A DNA stretch of 34,227 bases from Desulfobacterales bacterium (GTDB taxonomy: Bacteria; Desulfobacterota; Desulfobacteria; Desulfobacterales; JAHEIW01): the NCBI GenBank assembly GCA_050123495.1, contig JASFGZ010000003.1:1-34227 (forward strand). Reading direction: 5' to 3'. Made by a program: the position numbers and the translations under genes. Numbering within the stretch: position 1 is the stretch's first letter; each line of letters opens with the position of its first letter. This document shows positions 17,472 through 25,967 of this stretch, one piece after another. The notes under the pieces were generated by a model. The model made no database searches. It saw only the letters and a list, made by a program, of their open reading frames with translations, and was not told the origin of the DNA.

Positions 17472-19251
17472 GGACGTTAGCGCCCGGGTGTTGACCGTAC
17501 GCGAAAGTATGGTGAAGATCGATACGGGGGGTAAGGCCATCAAGAAAAATGAGGTGGGCTTCATCTGCGTCGGCAATGAACGCCTCATGGCTGAAGTGCT
17601 GCGCGTACACGGCAATACAGCCGATATGCAGGTGTTTGAAGACACCCGTGGCGTTCGGGTTGGCGATCCGGTTGAGATGAGCGATCAGATGCTTTCGGTC
17701 TTTCTGGGTCCTGGGCTGCTGGGACAGGTATTTGACGGGTTACAAAAACCTTTAGCGCTCCTGGCCCGCGATCACGGGTTTTTTCTGCCACGCGGTGTCG
17801 ATGTGTTCCCTCTGGACCAAAAAAAGAAATGGGATTTTACACCGACGGCTTCAATCGGAGACAAGCTTGTCGCCGGGCAATCCATCGGCACGGTCCAGGA
17901 AGGATTGTTCCGCCACAAAATAATGATACCGTTTAATGAACCTAAGGCGCTTGAGGTCACCTGGATTCAACAGGGAAGCTTTAACGTGAATACACCTATC
18001 GCCCGGATTCAAACTGCAGGTGGCGCAGAGCGTGAACTGACCATGGTCCAGTCATGGCCGGTACGCCGCCCGATTCCTGAGGCCATGATACGTCGTCGCC
18101 ATGCGGAACGGCTCTATCCTACCGAGCCCATGACCACGACCACCCGCATCGTCGATACGTTTTTCCCCATCGCACGAGGCGGAATGGCCTGTATCCCCGG
18201 ACCGTTCGGCGCCGGCAAAACCGTATTGCAAAGCCTGATCTCACGCTATTCGACGGTGGACATTGTGATTGTGACCGCTTGCGGCGAGCGAGCCGGCGAA
18301 GTTGTTGAGACCATCAAGGAGTTTCCGGAAACCAAAGATCCCCGCACCGGCGGTTCATTGATGGACCGCACGATCATCATCTGCAACACGTCCTCTATGC
18401 CGGTAGCTGCGCGGGAGTCTTCCATATATACCGGGATTACACTGGGCGAATACTACCGTCAGATGGGCTACAATGTGCTGATGATTGCAGACTCCACTTC
18501 CCGCTGGGCACAGGCCATGCGCGAGACCTCCGGGCGGATGGAAGAAATCCCCGGTGAAGAAGCCTTTCCAGCCTATTTAGATTCCTCGGTCAAGAACATT
18601 TACGAGCGGGCCGGCGTGATCAAATGCCCGGACCAATCAGTCGGCAGTCTCACGATGATTGGAACCGTCTCACCTGCCGGCGGCAACTTCGAGGAGCCGG
18701 TCACCCAGGCAACCCTTGCCACCGTTAAGACCTTTCTGGGCCTTTCTTATGATCGGGCTTACAAGCGTTTTTATCCGGCCATCGATCCATTAATTTCCTG
18801 GTCTCGTTATCTGGAACAGTTGAAGGACTGGTTTGCTGAAAATTTTGGTGCTGAATGGGTTAGCGACGTCAAAGCCATGCAAGAACTTTTGCGCCGGGGT
18901 GATTCCATCTACCAGATGATGCAGGTTACCGGCGAAGAGGGAATCAGTATCGAAGATTATATTGTATGGCAAAAAGCCACCTTGCTCGATATGGTCTTTT
19001 TGCAGCAGGATGCCTTCGACGATGTGGATGCATCCATGCCCCTCGAGCGGCAACATGAAAGTTTTCAGCTGATCAAGGACCTAATCCAGCACGCCTATCA
19101 GTTTAAGGATAAAGACGAAGCCCATGATATATTTACCCAAATTACCGGTCTATATAAAAATTTGAATTACAGTCCGGCAGAATCACAAGAATATCAGCGC
19201 TACCGGAAGGAAATTGAAGACCTCGCGGCCGAGTACGCCATCGGTGACTAG
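17419..19251 (+). CDS. ntpA: V/A-type ATP synthase catalytic subunit A
   Basis: Walker A GPFGAGKT, ACGERAGE, NTSSMPVAARE, ADSTSRWAQA, PGEEAFPAYL, VSPAGGNFEEPVTQ. GGAGG RBS. Confidence 0.96.
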   Translation: MSNRKSSTLQPKASQATEDVSARVLTVRESMVKIDTGGKAIKKNEVGFICVGNERLMAEVLRVHGNTADMQVFEDTRGVRVGDPVEMSDQMLSVFLGPGLLGQVFDGLQKPLALLARDHGFFLPRGVDVFPLDQKKKWDFTPTASIGDKLVAGQSIGTVQEGLFRHKIMIPFNEPKALEVTWIQQGSFNVNTPIARIQTAGGAERELTMVQSWPVRRPIPEAMIRRRHAERLYPTEPMTTTTRIVDTFFPIARGGMACIPGPFGAGKTVLQSLISRYSTVDIVIVTACGERAGEVVETIKEFPETKDPRTGGSLMDRTIIICNTSSMPVAARESSIYTGITLGEYYRQMGYNVLMIADSTSRWAQAMRETSGRMEEIPGEEAFPAYLDSSVKNIYERAGVIKCPDQSVGSLTMIGTVSPAGGNFEEPVTQATLATVKTFLGLSYDRAYKRFYPAIDPLISWSRYLEQLKDWFAENFGAEWVSDVKAMQELLRRGDSIYQMMQVTGEEGISIEDYIVWQKATLLDMVFLQQDAFDDVDASMPLERQHESFQLIKDLIQHAYQFKDKDEAHDIFTQITGLYKNLNYSPAESQEYQRYRKEIEDLAAEYAIGD

Positions 19252-19411
19252 GATAGATCGAATCGTTCCGCCTGAGTTGGTCATTAAACGCGAAACTACT
19301 TATTACCTGAATCTTGCATAAAAATTAATGAGAAGCTATTTTATAATTTAAATACCACGGATTCGCTAATTTTTCAGAGTTGAGTTTTGTACGAAAAGAA
19401 GAGATATCGCC

Positions 19412-19504
19412 ATGAAAATCGGAATTGTTGGTTGTGGTTTCGTGGGCAGCTCGGGGGCCTTTGCCATCGCGTTCGAAGGGAAAGCCAACGAGCTTAACTT
19501 CTAA
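19412..19504 (+). pseudogene. N-terminal remnant of an L-lactate/malate dehydrogenase-like gene
   Basis: Manual translation MKIGIVGCGFVGSSGAFAIAFEGKANELNF*. Rossmann GxGxVG followed by the LDH-type helix and 'EL' strand start, truncated after 30 codons. Confidence 0.72.
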
Positions 19505-19531
19505 ATTTATGCCATGCATATAGGAAGGATC

Positions 19532-21229
19532 ATGAAAATGACAAAAGCGGCTGCAAAAATGGAACCGCTTGAAAGGACAAAAAAATTCAAAGGCCCCCAG
19601 GGTCCGGTTGTTCTGGCGATTTTAGATGGAGTCGGAATCGGCACATGCGGAGAAGGGGATTTGGTTAGCCGGGCAAATACGCCGACACTGGATTGGCTTG
19701 CGCGAAATGCCCTGAGCGCAAAACTTAAAGCCCATGGAACGGCGGTGGGCATGCCCTCGGATGCAGATATGGGCAACAGTGAAATCGGTCACAACGCCAT
19801 TGGATGCGGCCGCGTTTTTGCTCAGGGTGCCAAGCTGGTAAATGAATCCATCGAGAACCGTGCGCTTTTTGATGGAACCGTGTGGAAAGAGTTGATCGAA
19901 AACGTCATCGACCATAATTCCAGGCTGCATTTTATGGGCCTTTTTTCAGACGGCAACGTCCACAGCCATATCCGCCACCTGGAAGCACTTCTGGCAGAAG
20001 CAAAAAACGAAGGCGTCCAAAAAGCCGGTGTTCATATTCTTCTGGATGGGCGGGATGTACCGCCAACCTCTGCATTAGATTATGTCGCGCGGCTCGAAAA
20101 CTTTCTCAGCGAGCTTAAAAAGGACAGCAAAATTGACTTTGCCATCGCTTCCGGCGGCGGCCGCATGCAAATCACCATGGACCGCTATCAGGCAAACTGG
20201 GGCATGGTTGAACTGGGATGGAAAACCCATGTCCTGGGCGAAGGCCGAAAGTTTGAATCCGCCCGCAAGGCGATCGAAACATTGCGCCGGGAAAACCCGG
20301 GTGTCATCGACCAGGATCTTCCGCCATTTGTCATCGCCCGAGACCAAGCGCCCCTGGGACCCATAGAGGAAAATGACAGTGTCATTTTTTTCAACTTCCG
20401 CGGTGATCGAGCCATCGAGATCAGTAAGGCTTTTGAAGCGGATGAATTTGACAAATTCCCCCGGGGCCCAAAACTGAATGTAAAATTTGCCGGCATGATG
20501 CAATACGATGGTGATGCGCTGATTCCAAAAAAGTATTTGGTAAATCCGCCCGGGATTGATCGCACCGTCGGTGAGTATCTTGTCAAAGCCGGCGTGAAGC
20601 AGCTGGCTATCAGCGAAACTCAGAAATTTGGCCATGTGACCTATTTTTTTAACGGTAACCGCTCCGGCAAGTTCGATGATTCTTTAGAGGATTACATCGA
20701 GGTGCCCTCTGACATCGTCCCTTTTGAACAAAGACCCTGGATGAAAGCGGCCGAGATTACCGACAAAGTCGTTGAAGCCATTACAGGCGGCCAATACGAA
20801 TTTATCAGACTCAATTATGCCAATGGCGACATGGTCGGGCATACCGGTATCCCCCAGGCAGTTGAAATCGCCGTTGAGACCGTCGATCTGTGTATCGGTC
20901 GAATTGTCCGGGCGGTAAAAAAAGTCAATGGCATTCTTGTTGTTTCGGCCGATCACGGCAATTCGGATGATATGTATGAGTGCAATTATGAAACGGGAGA
21001 AATCATTTATGATGAGAAAACCGGGGAGCCCAAGCCGCGAACGGCCCATTCACTGAATCCGGTATTTGCCTATGTGTATGAGCCGACCGGCAGTATAAAG
21101 ATGAAACTTTCAGCGCATGATGATCTTGGCATCAGCAGTCTGGCGGCAACCTGTTTGACGCTGCTGGGTTTTGAACCGCCAAAAGATTACACGCCGAGTA
21201 TCGTTGAGATTTCTGTGTCGTGTCATTAA
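19532..21229 (+). CDS. gpmI: 2,3-bisphosphoglycerate-independent phosphoglycerate mutase
   Basis: LAILDGVG, MGNSEIGH, SDGNVHSH, LDGRDVP, FNFRGDRA, SETQKFGHVTYFFNG, NGDMVGHTG, ADHGN. Start uncertain (19532/19538). Confidence 0.95.
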   Translation: MKMTKAAAKMEPLERTKKFKGPQGPVVLAILDGVGIGTCGEGDLVSRANTPTLDWLARNALSAKLKAHGTAVGMPSDADMGNSEIGHNAIGCGRVFAQGAKLVNESIENRALFDGTVWKELIENVIDHNSRLHFMGLFSDGNVHSHIRHLEALLAEAKNEGVQKAGVHILLDGRDVPPTSALDYVARLENFLSELKKDSKIDFAIASGGGRMQITMDRYQANWGMVELGWKTHVLGEGRKFESARKAIETLRRENPGVIDQDLPPFVIARDQAPLGPIEENDSVIFFNFRGDRAIEISKAFEADEFDKFPRGPKLNVKFAGMMQYDGDALIPKKYLVNPPGIDRTVGEYLVKAGVKQLAISETQKFGHVTYFFNGNRSGKFDDSLEDYIEVPSDIVPFEQRPWMKAAEITDKVVEAITGGQYEFIRLNYANGDMVGHTGIPQAVEIAVETVDLCIGRIVRAVKKVNGILVVSADHGNSDDMYECNYETGEIIYDEKTGEPKPRTAHSLNPVFAYVYEPTGSIKMKLSAHDDLGISSLAATCLTLLGFEPPKDYTPSIVEISVSCH

Positions 21230-21377
21230 TGGAACTAAAGCAGATCTGTTGTTGCCAATTATTTCAATCAGGGGGATTCCCTCCGATGGAAAATTTTCAC
21301 ATACAAGAATAAATTATAATTGCCGCATCAACTGAATTAATCTGAAACGTTTGACCAAGACAGCAAGGAGGTGAAGT

Positions 21378-22397
21378 ATGGCAACTACAGTCGGCCTAAT
21401 GGGCTTTGGAAGAATCGGAAGAAATCTATTTCGAATTCTTTACCAGAGTGCAGACATTAAACTGGCCGCCATCAGTGATATTGCCGATCATAAGGCCCTG
21501 GAATATCTCTTGCGCTTTGATACGATTCTGGGACCGTTCCCGGATGAGGTCAGCGTACAGGAAGGCAATCTCTATGTGGTCGGCCGCCAGATTCCCATGC
21601 TTTCTGAAAAGGAGCCCGGCGATGTGCCCTGGGGGGATTTGGGGGTGGACATTGTAATTGAAGCCACGGCCCAGTTTCGGACCCGGGATGATTTTGAAAA
21701 ACATCTGAAACAGGGCGCCAAACGCGTGATTCTATGTGTGCCCCAGAAGACACCGCCGGATATCACGGTGGTCATGGGGGTCAACGATGCACAGTTGAAG
21801 CCGGAACATCGGATTGTTTCCAATGGGTCCTGTACGGCCCATTGTGCTGCTCCGGTGGTCAAGATCTTACACGAGGCGTTCGGTATTCAAAGAGCGTTTT
21901 TGAGTACCGTTCATGCATATACCAACCAGCAACGTCTGGCGGATGTGCCCTCCGAAGATAAACGGCGTGGACGCGCAGCCGCCGAAAATATCATCCCCCA
22001 GGAAACCAATGCAGCTCAGGTGGTCACCGAGCTGATTCCGGATCTTGCCGGACGGCTGAGCGGGGCTTCCATGAATGTACCGGTTCCCAACGGGTCCGTG
22101 GTGGACCTGGTTTGCTGGCACGAAAAACCGGTGACGGATGTGGCCATTAACGAAGTTATCCGAACGGCGGCGGCTTCGGATCAGTGGAAGGGAATTCTGG
22201 TCTATGAGGACGATCCCATTGTTTCCAGTGATATTATTCGCAGCACCTATTCAAGCACTTTCGATTCCATGGCAACCATGGTCCAAAAAGATAATGTTTC
22301 CAAAACCCTGGCCTGGTATGACAATGGTTGGGGCTACGCCCATCGGGTGGTTGATCTTATTCGTAAGTTTATGGAAATAGACAAGGAGGCAGCATAA
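21378..22397 (+). CDS. Type I GAPDH-family paralogue with divergent active site
   Basis: GFGRIGR, SNGSCTAHC, TVHAYTNQQ, WYDNGWGY. Canonical IIPTTTGAA and MRVP are replaced by IIPQETNAA and MNVP. Confidence 0.88.
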   Translation: MATTVGLMGFGRIGRNLFRILYQSADIKLAAISDIADHKALEYLLRFDTILGPFPDEVSVQEGNLYVVGRQIPMLSEKEPGDVPWGDLGVDIVIEATAQFRTRDDFEKHLKQGAKRVILCVPQKTPPDITVVMGVNDAQLKPEHRIVSNGSCTAHCAAPVVKILHEAFGIQRAFLSTVHAYTNQQRLADVPSEDKRRGRAAAENIIPQETNAAQVVTELIPDLAGRLSGASMNVPVPNGSVVDLVCWHEKPVTDVAINEVIRTAAASDQWKGILVYEDDPIVSSDIIRSTYSSTFDSMATMVQKDNVSKTLAWYDNGWGYAHRVVDLIRKFMEIDKEAA

Positions 22398-23404
22398 TGG
22401 CTATTCAAGTTGGCATAAACGGCTTCGGCCGCATCGGCCGGAGTGTATTTCGGATCATCAGTGATCGAGACGATATGGAAGTTGTCGCGATCAACGACTT
22501 GTTTGACAATGAGCAACTCGCTTACCTCCTCAAATATGATACCGTGATGGGCATTTTTGATAAGGAGGTTACCGCTGAAGAAGATGCCATGACCGTCGGT
22601 GATCATCGGGTCGCCATGACCGAGCATCGCGATCCGGCTGAAATCCCGTGGAAGGATTTAGGCGCGCAGTTTGTGATTGAAGCCACCGGCGTATTCCGCA
22701 ATCGCGAACCCTTGGAAAAACATATGGCAGCGGGCGCAGAAAAAGTGATTCTGACGGTGCCTGCACGGGAAGAAATCGACGCTACCATCGTGATCGGAGT
22801 TAACGATGAAGAACTCAAGCCGGAACACCGCATTGTCTCAAATGCATCCTGCACAACCAACTGCCTGGCACCGATCGCTAAAATCCTCGATGATGTGTTC
22901 GGCCTCGAAGAGGGTTTCATCACCACGGTGCACGCTTACACCAATGACCAGCGCCTGGCGGATGTCCCGCATAAAGATTTTCGTCGCAGCCGCGCAGCCG
23001 GCGAAAACATCATCCCGACGACCACCGGAGCAGCCAAAGCCGTTGGCAAGGTGCTGCCCCAGCTGAAAGGGAAACTCGATGGGTTGGCCATGCGGGTGCC
23101 GGTGCCGGATGGTTCGATCGTGGACCTTGTCTGCAGGCTGGGCAAAAAGGCCTCCCGCAAAGATATCAATGCAGCGGTTCAGGAAGCTGCCGGTGGGCCG
23201 ATGCAGCGCGTTGTCGAATACAGTGAAGCGCCATTGGTTTCCAGCGATATTATCGGCAACACGCATTCGAGTATCTTCGATGCCCTATCAACAAGCTCCG
23301 AGGAAGACGGCTTTGCCCGCATTGTTTCATGGTATGACAATGAGTGGGGCTATTCTAACCGGGTCGTGGATTTAATCGAGATGTTAGCGGCATTCGGAAA
23401 ATAA
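22397..23404 (+). CDS. gap: Glyceraldehyde-3-phosphate dehydrogenase, type I
   Basis: INGFGRIGR, SNASCTTNCLAP, HAYTNDQ, IIPTTTGAAKA, MRVPVPDGS, WYDNEWGYS. Coupled to the upstream paralogue via TAATG. Confidence 0.96.
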   Translation: MAIQVGINGFGRIGRSVFRIISDRDDMEVVAINDLFDNEQLAYLLKYDTVMGIFDKEVTAEEDAMTVGDHRVAMTEHRDPAEIPWKDLGAQFVIEATGVFRNREPLEKHMAAGAEKVILTVPAREEIDATIVIGVNDEELKPEHRIVSNASCTTNCLAPIAKILDDVFGLEEGFITTVHAYTNDQRLADVPHKDFRRSRAAGENIIPTTTGAAKAVGKVLPQLKGKLDGLAMRVPVPDGSIVDLVCRLGKKASRKDINAAVQEAAGGPMQRVVEYSEAPLVSSDIIGNTHSSIFDALSTSSEEDGFARIVSWYDNEWGYSNRVVDLIEMLAAFGK

Positions 23405-23431
23405 ACTGGCATCAAGTGTGCGGACAACTGG

Positions 23432-23525
23432 ATTTCGGATTTTGGATTGCGATTAAATCAAACCGAAAATTCAGCCATTCGTTCAATCATTAAGATCAAA
23501 AATCTGAATTCTAAAATCCAAAATC
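23432..23525 (+). repeat. Degenerate paired heptamer arms without cargo (gap-pgk junction)
   Basis: Left ATTTCGG ATTTTGG ATTGCG ATT (23432-23454). Right AATCTGA ATTCTAA AATCCAA AATC (23501-23525), just before the pgk RBS. Confidence 0.65.
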
Positions 23526-23540
23526 TTTTAGGGGGAAAGT

Positions 23541-24737
23541 ATGAACAAGCTTACCGTTGAAGATTTAGATCTGAAGGGCAAACGCGTTCTGACGCGGGTT
23601 GATTTCAATGTGCCACTGGAAAGCGGCAGGGTTGCCAACGACAAACGCATTCGCGCCGCCCTGCCGACCATTAAATATATCACCAACGCCGGCGGCACGC
23701 TTATTCTGATGTCCCATCTGGGGCGCCCCAAAGGCAAGCGCGTTCCGGAAATGTCGTTGGAACCGTGTGTGACAGTGCTCAACGCCCTGCTTGGAAGAAA
23801 GGTAAAATTTATTGATGACTGCATCGGAGAAAAAGTTGAGACCGCAATCGATCATCTCAATGGGGGGGATATTCTCCTGTTGGAAAATTTGCGGTATTAC
23901 GCAGAAGAGACCGATAATGATCCGCACTTTGCAGCCAAGCTGGCCAGACTTGGCGATGTTTATGTAAATGACGCCTTTGGCACCGCGCACCGGGCCCATG
24001 CATCAACAGAAGGCGTCACCCATCATATTTCACAATGCGCCGCAGGGTTTTTGCTGATGAAAGAGCTCGACTATTTGGGAGACGTCATGGCAAATCCGCA
24101 AAGACCATTTGTTGCCATTTTAGGCGGTGCCAAGATATCCGGCAAAATTGACATTATTTCCAATTTGCTGCCCGCCGTCGACAACATCCTGATTGGCGGA
24201 GGAATGACGTATACATTTTTTAAAGCCCAGGGAAAGGAAATCGGTAACTCTTTGCTCGAAGAAGATAAAATTGCATTGGCTAGAGAACTGCTGAACCAGG
24301 GCGGTGAAAAAATTATCCTTCCGGTTGACTGTATGGTTTCAGAGACATTTGATTTCAATGCGCGTCAGGTCGGTGCACTAAAAGAAGTTGGCGCAGATGC
24401 GATTTCCGCAAATGAATTCGGTCTGGATATCGGACCGAATTCTATCGAAAAATTTCGAAGGATTATCGGCGCTGCCAAAACCGTTATCTGGAACGGCCCC
24501 ATGGGGGTTTTTGAAATTGAAGCAACCGCAAAAGGAACCTATGCCATCGCGAATGCCCTGGCCGAAGCAACCGCAAAAGGCGCCACAACCGTTATCGGCG
24601 GCGGCGATTCGGCTTCGGCAATCAACAATGCCGGAGTTACCGATCGCGTCTCGCATGTTTCAACCGGCGGTGGCGCGTCACTGGAATTTATGGAGGGAAA
24701 GGTGTTGCCGGGAGTGGCGGCGTTAACTGATAAGTGA
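23541..24737 (+). CDS. pgk: Phosphoglycerate kinase
   Basis: RVDFNVP, MSHLGRP, LLENLR, VNDAFGTAHRAHAS, WNGPMGVFE, GGGDS, HVSTGGGASLE. Confidence 0.97.
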   Translation: MNKLTVEDLDLKGKRVLTRVDFNVPLESGRVANDKRIRAALPTIKYITNAGGTLILMSHLGRPKGKRVPEMSLEPCVTVLNALLGRKVKFIDDCIGEKVETAIDHLNGGDILLLENLRYYAEETDNDPHFAAKLARLGDVYVNDAFGTAHRAHASTEGVTHHISQCAAGFLLMKELDYLGDVMANPQRPFVAILGGAKISGKIDIISNLLPAVDNILIGGGMTYTFFKAQGKEIGNSLLEEDKIALARELLNQGGEKIILPVDCMVSETFDFNARQVGALKEVGADAISANEFGLDIGPNSIEKFRRIIGAAKTVIWNGPMGVFEIEATAKGTYAIANALAEATAKGATTVIGGGDSASAINNAGVTDRVSHVSTGGGASLEFMEGKVLPGVAALTDK

Positions 24738-24772
24738 TCTAAAGTGCCTAAAGTGAACTAAAGTGAGCTAAA
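24731..24772 (+). repeat. 9-10 bp tandem repeat with core CTAAAGTG
   Basis: CTAAAGTG at 24739, 24748 and 24758, partial CTAAA at 24768, and a degenerate first unit TAAGTG(A) containing the pgk stop. Confidence 0.8.
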
Positions 24773-24776
24773 TTTA

Positions 24777-24848
24777 ATTGCGGATTGCGGATTTTGAACG
24801 GGCGATATGTTTGATATTTCAATCCGCAATCCGCAATCCGAAATTCAA
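24777..24848 (+). repeat. Paired inverted heptamer arms without cargo (pgk-fba junction)
   Basis: ATTGCGGATTGCGGATT (24777-24793) is the perfect reverse complement of AATCCGCAATCCGCAAT (24821-24837), with a 27-nt spacer. The right arm continues CCGA AATTCAA. Confidence 0.9.
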
Positions 24849-24864
24849 GTTAACGGAGGATAGC

Positions 24865-25845
24865 ATGGCGGACACAAAGCACTACAGTGAACTCGGTTTG
24901 GTAAACACCCGCGACATGTTTAAAAAAGCGATAGCGGGGGGCTACGCCATCCCGGCTTATAATTTTAACAATATGGAACAGCTCCAGGGGATCGTTCTCG
25001 GATGCGTGGAATCAAAATCACCGGTAATTTTGCAAGTGTCCGGCAGTGCCAGAAAGTATGCCAACCCGACATTTCTGCCCTACATGGCAATGGGGGCCGT
25101 ACAGATGGTAAAAGCGCTCGGCGCCACGATTCCGGTAGCCCTGCATCTGGACCACGGAGATTCTTTTGAGCTGGCGAAATCCTGTATTGATTCCGGATTT
25201 TCTTCGGTGATGCTCGATGGATCCCACCATCCGTTTGATGAGAATGCAAAACGGACCCGGCAGGTTGTTGAATATGCCCATGAACGCGAAGTTAGCGTGG
25301 AAGGTGAACTGGGGGTTTTGGCCGGGGTCGAAGATGAAGTCTCCCACGCGGTTTCCCATTATACCAAACCTGAAGAAGTTGAAGCCTTTGTCGAAAAAAC
25401 CGGCGTGGACAGCCTGGCAATATCTATCGGTACATCGCACGGCGCCTATAAGTTCAAGATAAAACCCGGGGAACAAGTCCCGCCTCTTAGATTTGATATT
25501 CTGGAAGAAATCGAAAAGCGCTTACCGAATTTTCCCATTGTTCTGCACGGCGCATCGACCGTTGTCCCGGAATATGTCAAGATGATCAACGCATTTGGCG
25601 GCAAAATGAATGATGCTGTTGGAATCCCCGAAACGCAATTAAGAAAGGCAGCCGGCTTGGCGGTATCTAAAATCAATATCGACTCTGACGGCCGGTTGGC
25701 CATGACGGCGGTCATTCGCAAAGTATTTGCCGAAAATCCGGCGGAGTTCGATCCGCGCAAATATTTAGGGCCGGCACGCGAAGAGCTTATTCAGATGGTG
25801 AAGTATAAGAATGCGCATGTCCTCGGCAGCGCCGGCAAAGCATAA
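24865..25845 (+). CDS. fba: Fructose-bisphosphate aldolase class II
   Basis: PAYNFNN, ALHLDHG, FSSVMLDGS, VEGELG, IGTSHGAYK, IVLHGAS, KINIDSD, FDPRKYL. Start moved to ATG 24865 (GGAGG RBS). Confidence 0.95.
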   Translation: MADTKHYSELGLVNTRDMFKKAIAGGYAIPAYNFNNMEQLQGIVLGCVESKSPVILQVSGSARKYANPTFLPYMAMGAVQMVKALGATIPVALHLDHGDSFELAKSCIDSGFSSVMLDGSHHPFDENAKRTRQVVEYAHEREVSVEGELGVLAGVEDEVSHAVSHYTKPEEVEAFVEKTGVDSLAISIGTSHGAYKFKIKPGEQVPPLRFDILEEIEKRLPNFPIVLHGASTVVPEYVKMINAFGGKMNDAVGIPETQLRKAAGLAVSKINIDSDGRLAMTAVIRKVFAENPAEFDPRKYLGPAREELIQMVKYKNAHVLGSAGKA

Positions 25846-25848
25846 TCG

Positions 25849-25880
25849 ATTGCGGATTGCAGATTGCGGAATGCGGATTT
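25849..25880 (+). repeat. Heptamer array (ATTGCGG family), solo arm
   Basis: ATTGCGG ATTGCAG ATTGCGG AATGCGG ATTT, 3 nt after the fba stop. Two mismatches to 7221-7252. Confidence 0.9.
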
Positions 25881-25967
25881 ATGAATGCACCGATTGGGAT
25901 TAACAAAATTTTCGTTTTTAACTTAATAATAGGTTAAGGTATATTAAGCGAACAATGAAAGGAACCG

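Noticed and set aside
24778-24864. N-terminal extension of Fba in the ORF track (MRIADFER...QSAIRNPK)
   Set aside because: Translation through the repeat hairpin. A strong RBS supports ATG 24865.
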